A DNA stretch of 64,000 nucleotides from Syntrophaceae bacterium. GTDB taxonomy: Bacteria > Desulfobacterota > Syntrophia > Syntrophales > Smithellaceae. Location: the NCBI GenBank assembly GCA_003139775.1, contig PLGI01000080.1, positions 34,063-98,062 on the forward strand, given 5' to 3'. Each line of letters begins with the position of its first letter. The stretch's first letter is position 1. Positions 47,397 to 56,235 of this stretch are shown here, piece after piece. Below the pieces are notes generated by a model. The model was given only the letters and a program-made list of their open reading frames with translations. It was not told the DNA's origin and did not search any database. Both the position numbers and the translations under genes were made by a program.

Positions 47397-47852
47397 CACC
47401 ATTAACAGAAATGTACCCTACAGCAAGAACCGCGCATGCTAATTGAAAATTGATAGGAATAACGATAGTATAAGTCAACAAAATAAGAAAAATCCTTAAA
47501 GACAAAAGCTGAATTAAAGCATAGCGGAAAGATTTGATAATAATTGGTTAACTCCTTGTTCTGAAGATCTACAAATTAATTATTCTTAGCACAATTTTGT
47601 AACAAATTGCTTTAAGGAGTTAGTAAAAAGATCAAAATAATGGTGAAGATCAAAAATCATGGTAAAACTCCAACGATTCTTAAAGAACTCTAATGTCATT
47701 ATAAATCCACGATAAAAATTCCGAAAAGATGAACATGACTTTTTGTAACGATTTGTAAGATATTTTAGGTACATTCTATAAAGATAAAAATATTAGTTGC
47801 TATTAGCATATTTTTTTTATAAAATTAATGATTAAGGTTCTATGCTCATTAT

Positions 47853-48412
47853 ATGAGCAGAATTTTGATAAAACTATTTGTCAGGAAAGATACGACCTTG
47901 AGCGTTTATAGTTACGAAGAATCAGCCACCCTATACGCAATTGTCAAGCCGTAGGCGCAGCTGAGGTATTTGGACGATCAGTTGAAGCAAATCATCGACG
48001 AAATTAGCTTGCGTCTGGGTATGCAAAAGAATTTGATTTCGTCGTTGGATCGCGAAAAAAGAGGTTTGGTTCTGCATTGCTTATGGTATCGATAGAGAAG
48101 GGGTGAATATAACTTATAAACCCGGCTTCTATAAATGGCCGGATAACGTGTGGAAATTGGAAAATTGCATTAAGCAAGATGTTTTATTATCAAAGACTAA
48201 TACTATAGATTGCCAGCATCTTCCACCTTTATTGCAAATAGCGGAAAAGAAAATTGAGAAGTAAAGATAAAAATGCTTTCTTCTGTTGTTGAAATTTAAG
48301 AAAAAGTTTAATTATTAAAGACTTGGAAGAAAACAGGTGGTAACCAGACAGAAGCTGCTTATAAAAGTATGAAGACAAATTATAAAGCAACAATTGCAAA
48401 TAAAAGTTTAAG
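47853..48412 (+). pseudogene. Decayed paralog of the sigma-54 EBP (stop codons, frameshift, AAA+ domain deleted)
   Basis: Reads MSRILIKLFVRKDTTLSVYSYEESATLYAIVKP*AQL...SLRLGMQKNLISSLDREK. After the A-run at 48055-48060 it continues in the +1 frame as KEVWFCIAYGIDREGVNITYKPG, which joins directly to YKWPDNVWKLENC. HTH remnant: TGGNQTEAAYKS. Confidence 0.8.
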
Positions 48413-48529
48413 ATATTTCATCCTTTTAATAATAACAAATTTGTACTTTTCAAATAGGAAGATGGATTTTTTTATAGCGTAAATAATTAAAAATGAAGAG
48501 CATACAATAATATAACTTATTTTGAACAA

Positions 48530-48546
48530 TTGGTATGAATATAGCA
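48530..48546 (+). promoter_or_regulatory. Candidate sigma-54 (-24/-12) promoter of the 10-gene operon
   Basis: TTGGTATGAATATAGCA has GG (48532-33) - N10 - GC (48544-45). It lies about 150 nt upstream of 48697. Confidence 0.4.
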
Positions 48547-48640
48547 ACAAACATAACGCATTATGATCTTGTTATGATCAGGCCGGAAAGAGTTTTTGGA
48601 TGATTTATCAAAATATGTATCGTTTGTTTGCCCAAATTTT

Positions 48641-48659
48641 GGATGAAATTCTTTCATCC
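48641..48659. promoter_or_regulatory. Perfect 8-bp inverted repeat in the operon leader
   Basis: GGATGAAA-ttc-TTTCATCC, 38 nt before the first start codon. TTTTGGATGA also occurs at 48594-48603. Confidence 0.35.
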
Positions 48660-48696
48660 ATGTTTGTGATTAATAATAGTCATGTCATGAAAGAAG

Positions 48697-49116
48697 GTGT
48701 TGCAACTGAATACTCACATTCCTAAAATATATCTCTTCTATTGTGCAACAAGCTACGATCAAGAAGAATTGTTGAAAAGTTATTCCCTGCAGGCCGTCGA
48801 GATTAAAGTAGTATCATTGCCCTGTTCTGGAAAACTGGACATTCTTTACCTCACTAAAGCATTTGATACCGGTGCGGATGGGGCTGCCATTCTGATATGC
48901 AAAGAAGGCGAATGTCATTATATGGAAGGTAATATGCGCGCCAGAAAACGTGTACAAGCCGTCGACGAATTACTGGAAGAAGCTGGCCTCGGAAAAGGCC
49001 GGACTAAAATAATTCAGATGGGAGACAAGGGTATCACAGGGGCCGTCCATGAATTAGAAGATTTCTTACTTCAAATAAAGACAATGGTTGAAAATGCTCC
49101 ATCTTTGCAAAAATAG
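48697..49116 (+). CDS. MvhD/FlpD-like protein, cysteine-depleted variant
   Basis: 139-aa ORF that aligns with the canonical MvhD at 61627 (LPCSGKLDILYLTKAFDTGADGAAILICKEGECHY). The N-terminal FCCHYC motif is replaced by FYCATS. GTG start. Confidence 0.7.
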   Translation: MLQLNTHIPKIYLFYCATSYDQEELLKSYSLQAVEIKVVSLPCSGKLDILYLTKAFDTGADGAAILICKEGECHYMEGNMRARKRVQAVDELLEEAGLGKGRTKIIQMGDKGITGAVHELEDFLLQIKTMVENAPSLQK

Positions 49117-49163
49117 AAGACAGAGTAGTTTTTCGTCAGTCCATAACAGAAGGAGTACAGGGT

Positions 49164-50054
49164 ATGAAACCTGATAGTAAATTAGCAGTTAAAACCAGCG
49201 GCAAAGAATTTATTTTCACTGCCGAGTATTTGCCGGTTGCCGGTACCGAGTTAACGATTGATCCTGAAATATTCGGTAGCGGTGTGACAGCGGTAAACGT
49301 AGCTGATAATCATTATGGTGTATCCATTTCTAGCATGGCAGCTTCTTTAGCATTGAAGCAGACTGGCATTGAACCAGTGCTTCAAATTATAACTAGAGAC
49401 CGCAATCGCATTGCGCTCCAATCCGATCTGTTGGGAGCCGTTTCTCTTGGTATTAAAAATGTATTGTGTCTTTCCGGTTTTCACCAAACTCTCATCGGCT
49501 GCAGTGAATCAGCCAATGTCTTTGACATTGATTCCATTCAACTCATCGATATGGTTAGAAAGATGAATGACGGAGAGTTGCTGGACGGTTCGAAAATCCA
49601 AGGGAAATTCTGTCTGCTGATCGGCGCTGCAGCTAATCCGGATTTGAAACCGATCGAACTGAATATATTAAAGTTAAATAAAAAAATAACCGCAGGAGCT
49701 AATTTTATTCAAACTCAACCTGTATTTGATGTTGATGCATTTAAAATCTGGCTGGAAGCCGTTCATAATGCAGGGCTTGCCGATAAAGCAGCCTTTCTTG
49801 CCGGTGTTCTGCCGCTCAAGAGTGCGGCCCAAGCCAAAGAGCTGATCGAGTTGCATACTGATTTTGTTATTCCCGAAACGATCATTAACCGGTTGACGAA
49901 TGCCGGTGATCCCGAGGCTCAAAGAAAAGAAGGCGTTAAATTAACCGCTGAAATTATAAAGAAGCTTAAAGATCTTCCCGGATTAAAAGGTGTCCATATT
50001 TTATCCGGTGGCAACGAATCAGCTATTAACGAATTATTAGCGGCTATAAAGTAA
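49164..50054 (+). CDS. metF: Methylenetetrahydrofolate reductase catalytic subunit (MetF-like)
   Basis: 296-aa ORF with VNVADN, ITRDRNRIALQSDLLGA, NVFDIDSIQLI and FIQTQPVFD motifs. Confidence 0.8.
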   Translation: MKPDSKLAVKTSGKEFIFTAEYLPVAGTELTIDPEIFGSGVTAVNVADNHYGVSISSMAASLALKQTGIEPVLQIITRDRNRIALQSDLLGAVSLGIKNVLCLSGFHQTLIGCSESANVFDIDSIQLIDMVRKMNDGELLDGSKIQGKFCLLIGAAANPDLKPIELNILKLNKKITAGANFIQTQPVFDVDAFKIWLEAVHNAGLADKAAFLAGVLPLKSAAQAKELIELHTDFVIPETIINRLTNAGDPEAQRKEGVKLTAEIIKKLKDLPGLKGVHILSGGNESAINELLAAIK

Positions 50055-50067
50055 GAGACTGAATAAA

Positions 50068-51477
50068 ATGCCCAAGAAATATCATATTGAAACAAAAAAG
50101 ATTGCACCGAGATTGCCGAAAAGAGGTAAGTTCGGAATTGTTGATTGGCGTGAAGATTGTGCCCAGTGCCATAATTGCGTGAAAAAAGCCTGTGTGTATG
50201 ATCGCTATCGGCAGGAAATGCAGTATATCAAAAACCTGGATGAATTTAATTCCATGTTCTTTGAATGCATGGGTTGTTTTTCCTGCGTGCAGAAATGCAC
50301 GAAGGGTCTACTGGCTCTAACCGTGAATCCCGAATACGAACGCATGGGTAATGGTTATTTTACACCGGATATTATTCTAACTACTTGGAACCAAGCGGAA
50401 ACAGCCGGCATTCCTGTTTCCGGTGCCGGTTATCGCGGTAAGTTTACAGGTTCCGGGTTTGATTCTATGTGGACGGACATGTCTGAAATCGTCCGTCCAA
50501 CTCGCGACGGAATTCATGGTCGTGAATACATCAGTACCTCTGTCGATATCGGAAGAAAACCGAAATTACTTTCGTTTGAAAACAACAAACTGACTACTAC
50601 ATTACCACCGCTGGTAGACCTGCCGGTTCCGATAATCATTGAAATGTTCCCCGAGAAATATCACTTCCCCAATCTCATACCAATGTTATTGGCTGTCGCC
50701 GTTAAAACCGGCACAATGATAATTGTTGATTGGAAATATCATCATCTTTTAGGGGCCTATGAAGAAAACCATTTATCGAATATCATTTTTTATCTTGATA
50801 AAGAAACGCCGCTGCCACCCCCTGATATCCTTAAAAAGTTGCGTCTTATAGAGATCGTTGACAGTGATAGAATCGAACAACGGATAAACGAAATTAAAGC
50901 CGTCAATCCGGAATTGGTTGTTTCAATTAGAGTTGAACTGGATGCTTGCGGTGAGCAGAGATCTATAGAGCTTGCTCATCATCCTTTCATTGAAGTCATA
51001 CATATCGTGTCCGATATCAACGGTAATCAAACAGGGGCGGAAAAACCTAAATTCATAAAGGATATGACCCGGATCATCCATACGTCTCTTGTAAAAGACG
51101 GTATCAGGGATGAAATCACTTTGATTGCCAGTGGCGGTATTGCTCTGGCGGAACATATGGCAAAAGAGATAATCTGCGGCGCAGATGTCATCACAATCAA
51201 TATGCCGCTGCTAATTGGTCTTGAATGCCGTTTTTGTAAAAACTGTCGCGATGGTTTTGCCTGTCCAGCCAAGATTGAGACGATCACCGCCGAGTATGGG
51301 ATCGGACGTATGACAAATTTAATAGCCGTCTGGCATGACCAACTGATTGAAGTGATGGGAGCCATGGGAATGAGAGAAGCCCGCCGTCTGCGCGGTGAGA
51401 CCGGCCGTGCATTATTCTTTGAAGACCTTGAGGAGGAAACCTTTGGAAGGCATTTTGGCAAGAGAATTAGGGCTTAA
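50068..51477 (+). CDS. Ferredoxin-fused glutamate synthase FMN-domain paralog lacking the catalytic motifs
   Basis: 469-aa ORF with CAQCHNCVKKAC and CMGCFSCVQKC at the N-terminus. The C-terminal part reads LIASGGIALAEHMAKEIICGADVI...CRFCKNCRDGFACPAKIE and is homologous to the next gene. No GGMSFGS or QGAKPGxGG motif is present. Confidence 0.65.
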   Translation: MPKKYHIETKKIAPRLPKRGKFGIVDWREDCAQCHNCVKKACVYDRYRQEMQYIKNLDEFNSMFFECMGCFSCVQKCTKGLLALTVNPEYERMGNGYFTPDIILTTWNQAETAGIPVSGAGYRGKFTGSGFDSMWTDMSEIVRPTRDGIHGREYISTSVDIGRKPKLLSFENNKLTTTLPPLVDLPVPIIIEMFPEKYHFPNLIPMLLAVAVKTGTMIIVDWKYHHLLGAYEENHLSNIIFYLDKETPLPPPDILKKLRLIEIVDSDRIEQRINEIKAVNPELVVSIRVELDACGEQRSIELAHHPFIEVIHIVSDINGNQTGAEKPKFIKDMTRIIHTSLVKDGIRDEITLIASGGIALAEHMAKEIICGADVITINMPLLIGLECRFCKNCRDGFACPAKIETITAEYGIGRMTNLIAVWHDQLIEVMGAMGMREARRLRGETGRALFFEDLEEETFGRHFGKRIRA

Positions 51478-53023
51478 AGAAGTCCTGCCTGAAAATACAA
51501 TAAAAACATTGGTACCGCAGGTTGAGGTAGATCGAGAAGTCAAACCAGCGCCATCGCGCTATCGCAATGAGATAGCCAAATATATTATTCGGCGCAGTAG
51601 TGATTGCAAATTATGCGGTAAATGCGCTCAGGTTTGTCCGCATGGCGTACACGTATTGAAACCCGGTTATAAATTATTTTCTGCACCGCACTTGAACGTT
51701 TGTATAGGTCCTTCCTGCCAGAAGACAGACCATTATTGCATTGACCTCTGCCCGAATAAAGCGCTTCAAATGGTTGAAAATCCGATGTTGAAGTCGATGG
51801 GTGACTATCGCTGGACACCGGACATGCTTATGGCTACCTGGAAAATGGCAGAAACCGGGGAAGCGCCATTACCTGAGTATGGCTATGATTACGAGACGGG
51901 AGCTTCCGGCGGCGGGTTCGACCGATTGAGATTCAAGTTTCCTGAAAAACCGCCCGTTGAATTACAAGACGATGATATAGATACCAGTATTATACTTAAC
52001 AGACGAAACGATGGTCGGCCACAGGTGAAAATCGATGTTCCATGGTATGGTGGTGGAATGTCTTTCGGTTCCGTCAGTAACGTAATACAGCTTTCCAAAG
52101 CGCGTGCGGCCACCGCTTTCAATACCTTTACCTGTACCGGTGAAGGCGGTTACATGGAACGTATGAAGCCGTATGATGACCACGTTATCACCCAGATTGC
52201 CACCGGTCTTTTCGGCGTTCGTGAAGAAACGATCCAACGTGTCCGTATTGTTGAATTCAAATATGCTCAGGGGGCCAAGCCCGGTCTGGGCGGCCATTTA
52301 TTAGCTGATAAAGTTACACCCACAGTCGCCAAAATGCGTGAAACAGTTCTGGGTATTTCACTCTTTTCGCCGTTCCCGTTTCATAGCGTTTACTCGATTG
52401 AAGACCATCAGAAACACATGGACTGGATCAAACACGTTAACCGGCGAACCCTGATTGCCACCAAGGTCTCAACGCCTAACGATGTGGATATGGTTGCTGT
52501 CGGCAGTTATTCCGCCGGTACCCATATTGTGCATCTGGACGGCGGATACGGTGGAACCGGTGCCGCACCTGATATTGCTAAGAAGAATATCGCAATGCCC
52601 ATCGAATATGCTATCGTTAAAGTCCATCGTTTCTTGGAACAGGAAGGCATTCGCGACAAGGTAACGCTGATTGCTAGCGGCGGACTGCGAACATCTCATG
52701 ACATTGCGAAAGCTATTGCATTGGGGGCTGATGGTGTTGTCGTGGGCACGTCCGAGTTGGTGGCGCTGGGTTGTATCAGATGTTCACGCTGTGAAAGCGG
52801 TCGCGGCTGTCCGCGCGGCATTGCTACGACCGATCCCGAACTTGCGAAGGATATTGATCTTGACTGGGGTACACAGCGGATTATCAATATGTATGCTGCC
52901 TGGCGAAAAGAACTTGTAGAGATATTGAAACGGTTAGGACTGCGTAGCGTGAGTGAGTTGCGTGGGCGTACCGATCTTCTGATGCACCTTGATTATACGA
53001 ATGATTCGGAGACCCATCCATGA
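51395..53023 (+). CDS. Glutamate synthase FMN-binding domain protein with N-terminal 2x[4Fe-4S] (archaeal GltB domain-2 type)
   Basis: Reads CKLCGKCAQVCP, GGGMSFGSVS, KYAQGAKPGLGGHL, LIASGGLRTSHDIAKAIALGADGV and CSRCESGRGCPRGIATTD. The start is uncertain: ATG 51395 overlaps the upstream gene by 83 nt, and TTG 51455 behind GGAAGG is an alternative. Confidence 0.85.
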   Translation: MRPAVHYSLKTLRRKPLEGILARELGLKEVLPENTIKTLVPQVEVDREVKPAPSRYRNEIAKYIIRRSSDCKLCGKCAQVCPHGVHVLKPGYKLFSAPHLNVCIGPSCQKTDHYCIDLCPNKALQMVENPMLKSMGDYRWTPDMLMATWKMAETGEAPLPEYGYDYETGASGGGFDRLRFKFPEKPPVELQDDDIDTSIILNRRNDGRPQVKIDVPWYGGGMSFGSVSNVIQLSKARAATAFNTFTCTGEGGYMERMKPYDDHVITQIATGLFGVREETIQRVRIVEFKYAQGAKPGLGGHLLADKVTPTVAKMRETVLGISLFSPFPFHSVYSIEDHQKHMDWIKHVNRRTLIATKVSTPNDVDMVAVGSYSAGTHIVHLDGGYGGTGAAPDIAKKNIAMPIEYAIVKVHRFLEQEGIRDKVTLIASGGLRTSHDIAKAIALGADGVVVGTSELVALGCIRCSRCESGRGCPRGIATTDPELAKDIDLDWGTQRIINMYAAWRKELVEILKRLGLRSVSELRGRTDLLMHLDYTNDSETHP

Positions 53024-55635
53024 ATAACGGAATGATTGAAAAATTGCTACTCTCCCGGCGGAAGCTCATTGAAAAGTTACAAATTCCTGAACCCACTTAC
53101 AAAGGAGAGGAAGAAGGTGGGTGCGGTGTCGTTGGTTTTTGCGCCACTGAACCGATTGCTGCACGTCACATTCACGAACCTTCCAGGCAGATGCATAACC
53201 GCGGTAACGGTAAAGGCGGCGGAATTGCCGCTTTAGGCTTTATACCGGAACAACTTGGAGTTACCCGTGAAGTTCTGAACGACTATTACATGATACACAT
53301 AGCATTTCTCGATAATTCGGTCAGAATGGAACTTGAACAAAAATATATTACTCCTTATTTTGAAATTAAAACTTCCTGTCAGCTGGACACCGTTGCCGAC
53401 TGGACAACTATTCCTTCTTTAGAAGCAAAGCCTCCTGATGTCATGCGTTATTTTGTTCGCGTGAAGTCGGATGTGCTGGATGCCTTTATTTCAAAGAACA
53501 AATTTGATGGAATAAGTCGTGAAGAAGCAGAAGGCGAATTTCTGAGCCAGCAAAGCGTTAAGCTGAATCATGAATATTACGCGTCGTTAGGCGATAAAAA
53601 AGCCTTCGTCATGTCTTTCGGCAAGAATATTATGATCCTAAAGGTTGTTGGGTACGCAGAGTCCATTACCGATTATTATAAAATTGATGATTTGAAGGCA
53701 CATGTCTGGATTGCCCATCAGCGGTTCCCAACAAAAGGACGTGTCTGGCATCCAGGTGGTGCGCACCCGTTTGGAGTAATGAATACCGCACTGGTTCATA
53801 ACGGAGATTTTGCTAATTACAGTTCCGTCAGCGAGTATCTTGCGCAGCGTCATATATATCCGCAATTTTTAACTGATACCGAGGTTTCTGTCCAGATATT
53901 TGATTTGCTGGATAGGACCTATCACTATCCGCTGGAGTATATTATAGAAGCTCTGGCACCTACGACAGAAATAGATTTTGACAGACTTCCCAAAGATAAA
54001 CAGTCTGTCTATCGGGCAATTCAGGCAACTCATATTCATGCCTCACCGGACGGCCCCTGGTTCTTTATCATTGCCCATACCTTGTCCCAGGCCGACAAAT
54101 TTCAACTCATGGGTATCACTGATACTTCCATGCTCCGACCGCAGGTTTTTGCTTTTGCAGACGGGGAAGTTCAGGTAGGCTTGATCTGTTCCGAAAAACA
54201 AGCAATCGATGCGACATTGCTCAGCATGTCAAAAGATGACAGCCGCATCTGCCCGGTAGCCGATAAGTACTGGAATGCCCGGGGTGGCAGTTCGACGGAT
54301 GGCGGATCGTTCATTTTTACTCTTGAAAAAGACCAAGCCGGAAAATACAGATTGAATTGTAACGACAAATTCGGGGTTACGGTCAAATTACCGTCTGGAA
54401 CAGAGGTCGTCGATTTATCCGAGGAAATAAAACATTCCGGTGCTCAGACCGGTAATATTGAAAAAGGAATTCGCGAGAACTTTGATGTCGACAGTCAAAA
54501 GGTCTTTCGTCATATTATAGGAAAAATCGTTGATTGGTCCTTTGCAGAAGTATGGTTAGCCTGTGAAACAGTTATTTCGCTGGCTAAAGATTCGAATCAA
54601 TTCGCCAAAGCAATTGAAATATTGACTCTGTTGAACGACCGGCATTATGCTACCGGCACAAAGAAGCGTAAGCACATCCTGCAAATCGTTCGCACCGCTT
54701 TGCGCCAATTGCTCGGTCTTATCCCTTTGATAGAAGAAACATCGACAAGTGAGTTTCGGCTGATAAATTATAAAACCAGGCAACTTTTAAGAGAACCGCA
54801 GATTTGTGAGACGACTTTGGTGATTGATACGCTGGGTTTCTCACCTGAAGGAAACGAATCGAATTCCTCGCTTTTAATGGACGCTTACATGAAGGGCTGG
54901 AAACATTTCATTGTTTATAACTGTGCTGGACAGCGTTTTACCGGTTGCGGCTTGGGACCTCAAACTGAGGATGTTACAATCGATGTTTACGATAGCGATG
55001 GCGATTACCTCGCTTCCGGCATCGACGGTTTAACTATTAACGTTCACGGCAATGCTCAGGACCAATTGGGTCAGATTATCAAAGGTGGTAAATTGGTTAT
55101 TCACGGCGACACCGGACAAACATTCTTATATGGTGCCAAAGGTGGTTCTATTTTTGTTTTGGGTAATGCTGCCGGCCGTCCTCTGATTAATTCCGTAGGT
55201 AAGCCAAAGGTTGTGATCAACGGAACCTGCCTGGACTTCCTCGCTGAATCCTTCATGGCGGGTGACGTCTTTGCGGATGGCGGTTTTGTTATTTTAAACG
55301 GTATAACATTCGATGATAAAGGCAACTTAATTGATTTGAAAGAACCCTATCCGGGCGGCAATTTGTTTTCCCTCGCTTCCGGCGGTGCCATTTACGTTCG
55401 CGATCCTCGCAAGTATCTTGTCCGGGAGCAATTGAACGGCGGCAATTTTTTCAAGCTGACTGATCAGGACTGGGAAACTATCTTGCCTTATCTCGAAGAG
55501 AATGAACGTTTGTTTGGAATCAAGGTAGATGATTTGCTTACTGTCGACGGCAAACTTAAGCGGCCCGGTCAAGTCTACCGCAAAGTTGCCCCGGCCAAAC
55601 TGGCGGCTACCGCACAAATCGAATCGGATGAATAG
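53020..55635 (+). CDS. Glutamate synthase amidotransferase (class II GATase) fused to the GXGXG domain
   Basis: 871-aa ORF. There is a propeptide before the CGVVGF nucleophile, then HQRFPTKGRVWHPGGAHPF and LVHNGDFANY. The C-terminal GXGXG repeats read INVHGNAQDQLGQIIKGGKLVIHGDTGQTFLYGAKGGSIFVLGNAAGRP. ATGA overlap with the upstream gene. Confidence 0.85.
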   Translation: MNNGMIEKLLLSRRKLIEKLQIPEPTYKGEEEGGCGVVGFCATEPIAARHIHEPSRQMHNRGNGKGGGIAALGFIPEQLGVTREVLNDYYMIHIAFLDNSVRMELEQKYITPYFEIKTSCQLDTVADWTTIPSLEAKPPDVMRYFVRVKSDVLDAFISKNKFDGISREEAEGEFLSQQSVKLNHEYYASLGDKKAFVMSFGKNIMILKVVGYAESITDYYKIDDLKAHVWIAHQRFPTKGRVWHPGGAHPFGVMNTALVHNGDFANYSSVSEYLAQRHIYPQFLTDTEVSVQIFDLLDRTYHYPLEYIIEALAPTTEIDFDRLPKDKQSVYRAIQATHIHASPDGPWFFIIAHTLSQADKFQLMGITDTSMLRPQVFAFADGEVQVGLICSEKQAIDATLLSMSKDDSRICPVADKYWNARGGSSTDGGSFIFTLEKDQAGKYRLNCNDKFGVTVKLPSGTEVVDLSEEIKHSGAQTGNIEKGIRENFDVDSQKVFRHIIGKIVDWSFAEVWLACETVISLAKDSNQFAKAIEILTLLNDRHYATGTKKRKHILQIVRTALRQLLGLIPLIEETSTSEFRLINYKTRQLLREPQICETTLVIDTLGFSPEGNESNSSLLMDAYMKGWKHFIVYNCAGQRFTGCGLGPQTEDVTIDVYDSDGDYLASGIDGLTINVHGNAQDQLGQIIKGGKLVIHGDTGQTFLYGAKGGSIFVLGNAAGRPLINSVGKPKVVINGTCLDFLAESFMAGDVFADGGFVILNGITFDDKGNLIDLKEPYPGGNLFSLASGGAIYVRDPRKYLVREQLNGGNFFKLTDQDWETILPYLEENERLFGIKVDDLLTVDGKLKRPGQVYRKVAPAKLAATAQIESDE

Positions 55636-55665
55636 TTATTTTATTTCAAGAAAAGAGTATCGATA

Positions 55666-56235
55666 ATGACAATAAGAATAACAAAACACAAAGCCACTGA
55701 AGACTTTTTAAAACTAGTTCAGGAAAAAGCGGATGTAAATCTAAGCTCCTGCTACCAGTGTAAGAAATGTTCTATGGGCTGTCCTGTTGCCGACCTAATC
55801 AAGCTGCCACCTTCCGAGGTAATAAGAGGCCTTCAACTCGGGGCTGGAACTGAATTATTAAATACGGATCTCATCTGGACATGTCTTTCCTGTGAAACAT
55901 GTTACTCCAGGTGTCCTAATCAGATAAACTTTCCCGCTGTGATTGATGCTTTAAAGTCCATTGCTTTGGAAAAAGGAGCTGCAAAACCGGCGGGTGATGC
56001 ACCTTTATTTAACCGTTTATTCCTGAACACCGTCAAGTCTTACGGCCGCGTTTATGAATTGCTGGCGATTGCCATGTATAAACTGGGAACCGGTAACCTT
56101 AAGCAGGACATGGGTAAATTCCCCATGATGCTGAAAAAAGGCAAAATAGCAATTTTGCCTCCGTCCGGTGCGAACAAAGACAAAATGAAACGTATTTTCA
56201 GCAAATCAGCACAGAATAAAGGAACGGAAAAATGA
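55666..56235 (+). CDS. hdrC: Heterodisulfide reductase subunit C-like (2x[4Fe-4S])
   Basis: 189-aa ORF with CYQCKKCSMGCP and CLSCETCYSRCP. Confidence 0.85.
   Translation: MTIRITKHKATEDFLKLVQEKADVNLSSCYQCKKCSMGCPVADLIKLPPSEVIRGLQLGAGTELLNTDLIWTCLSCETCYSRCPNQINFPAVIDALKSIALEKGAAKPAGDAPLFNRLFLNTVKSYGRVYELLAIAMYKLGTGNLKQDMGKFPMMLKKGKIAILPPSGANKDKMKRIFSKSAQNKGTEK

Noticed and set aside
47586-47774. 62-aa minus-strand ORF in the AT-rich region before the EBP relic.
   Set aside because: It lies in AT-rich noncoding sequence that is partly homologous to the upstream region of the intact EBP gene. It has no RBS or motif.
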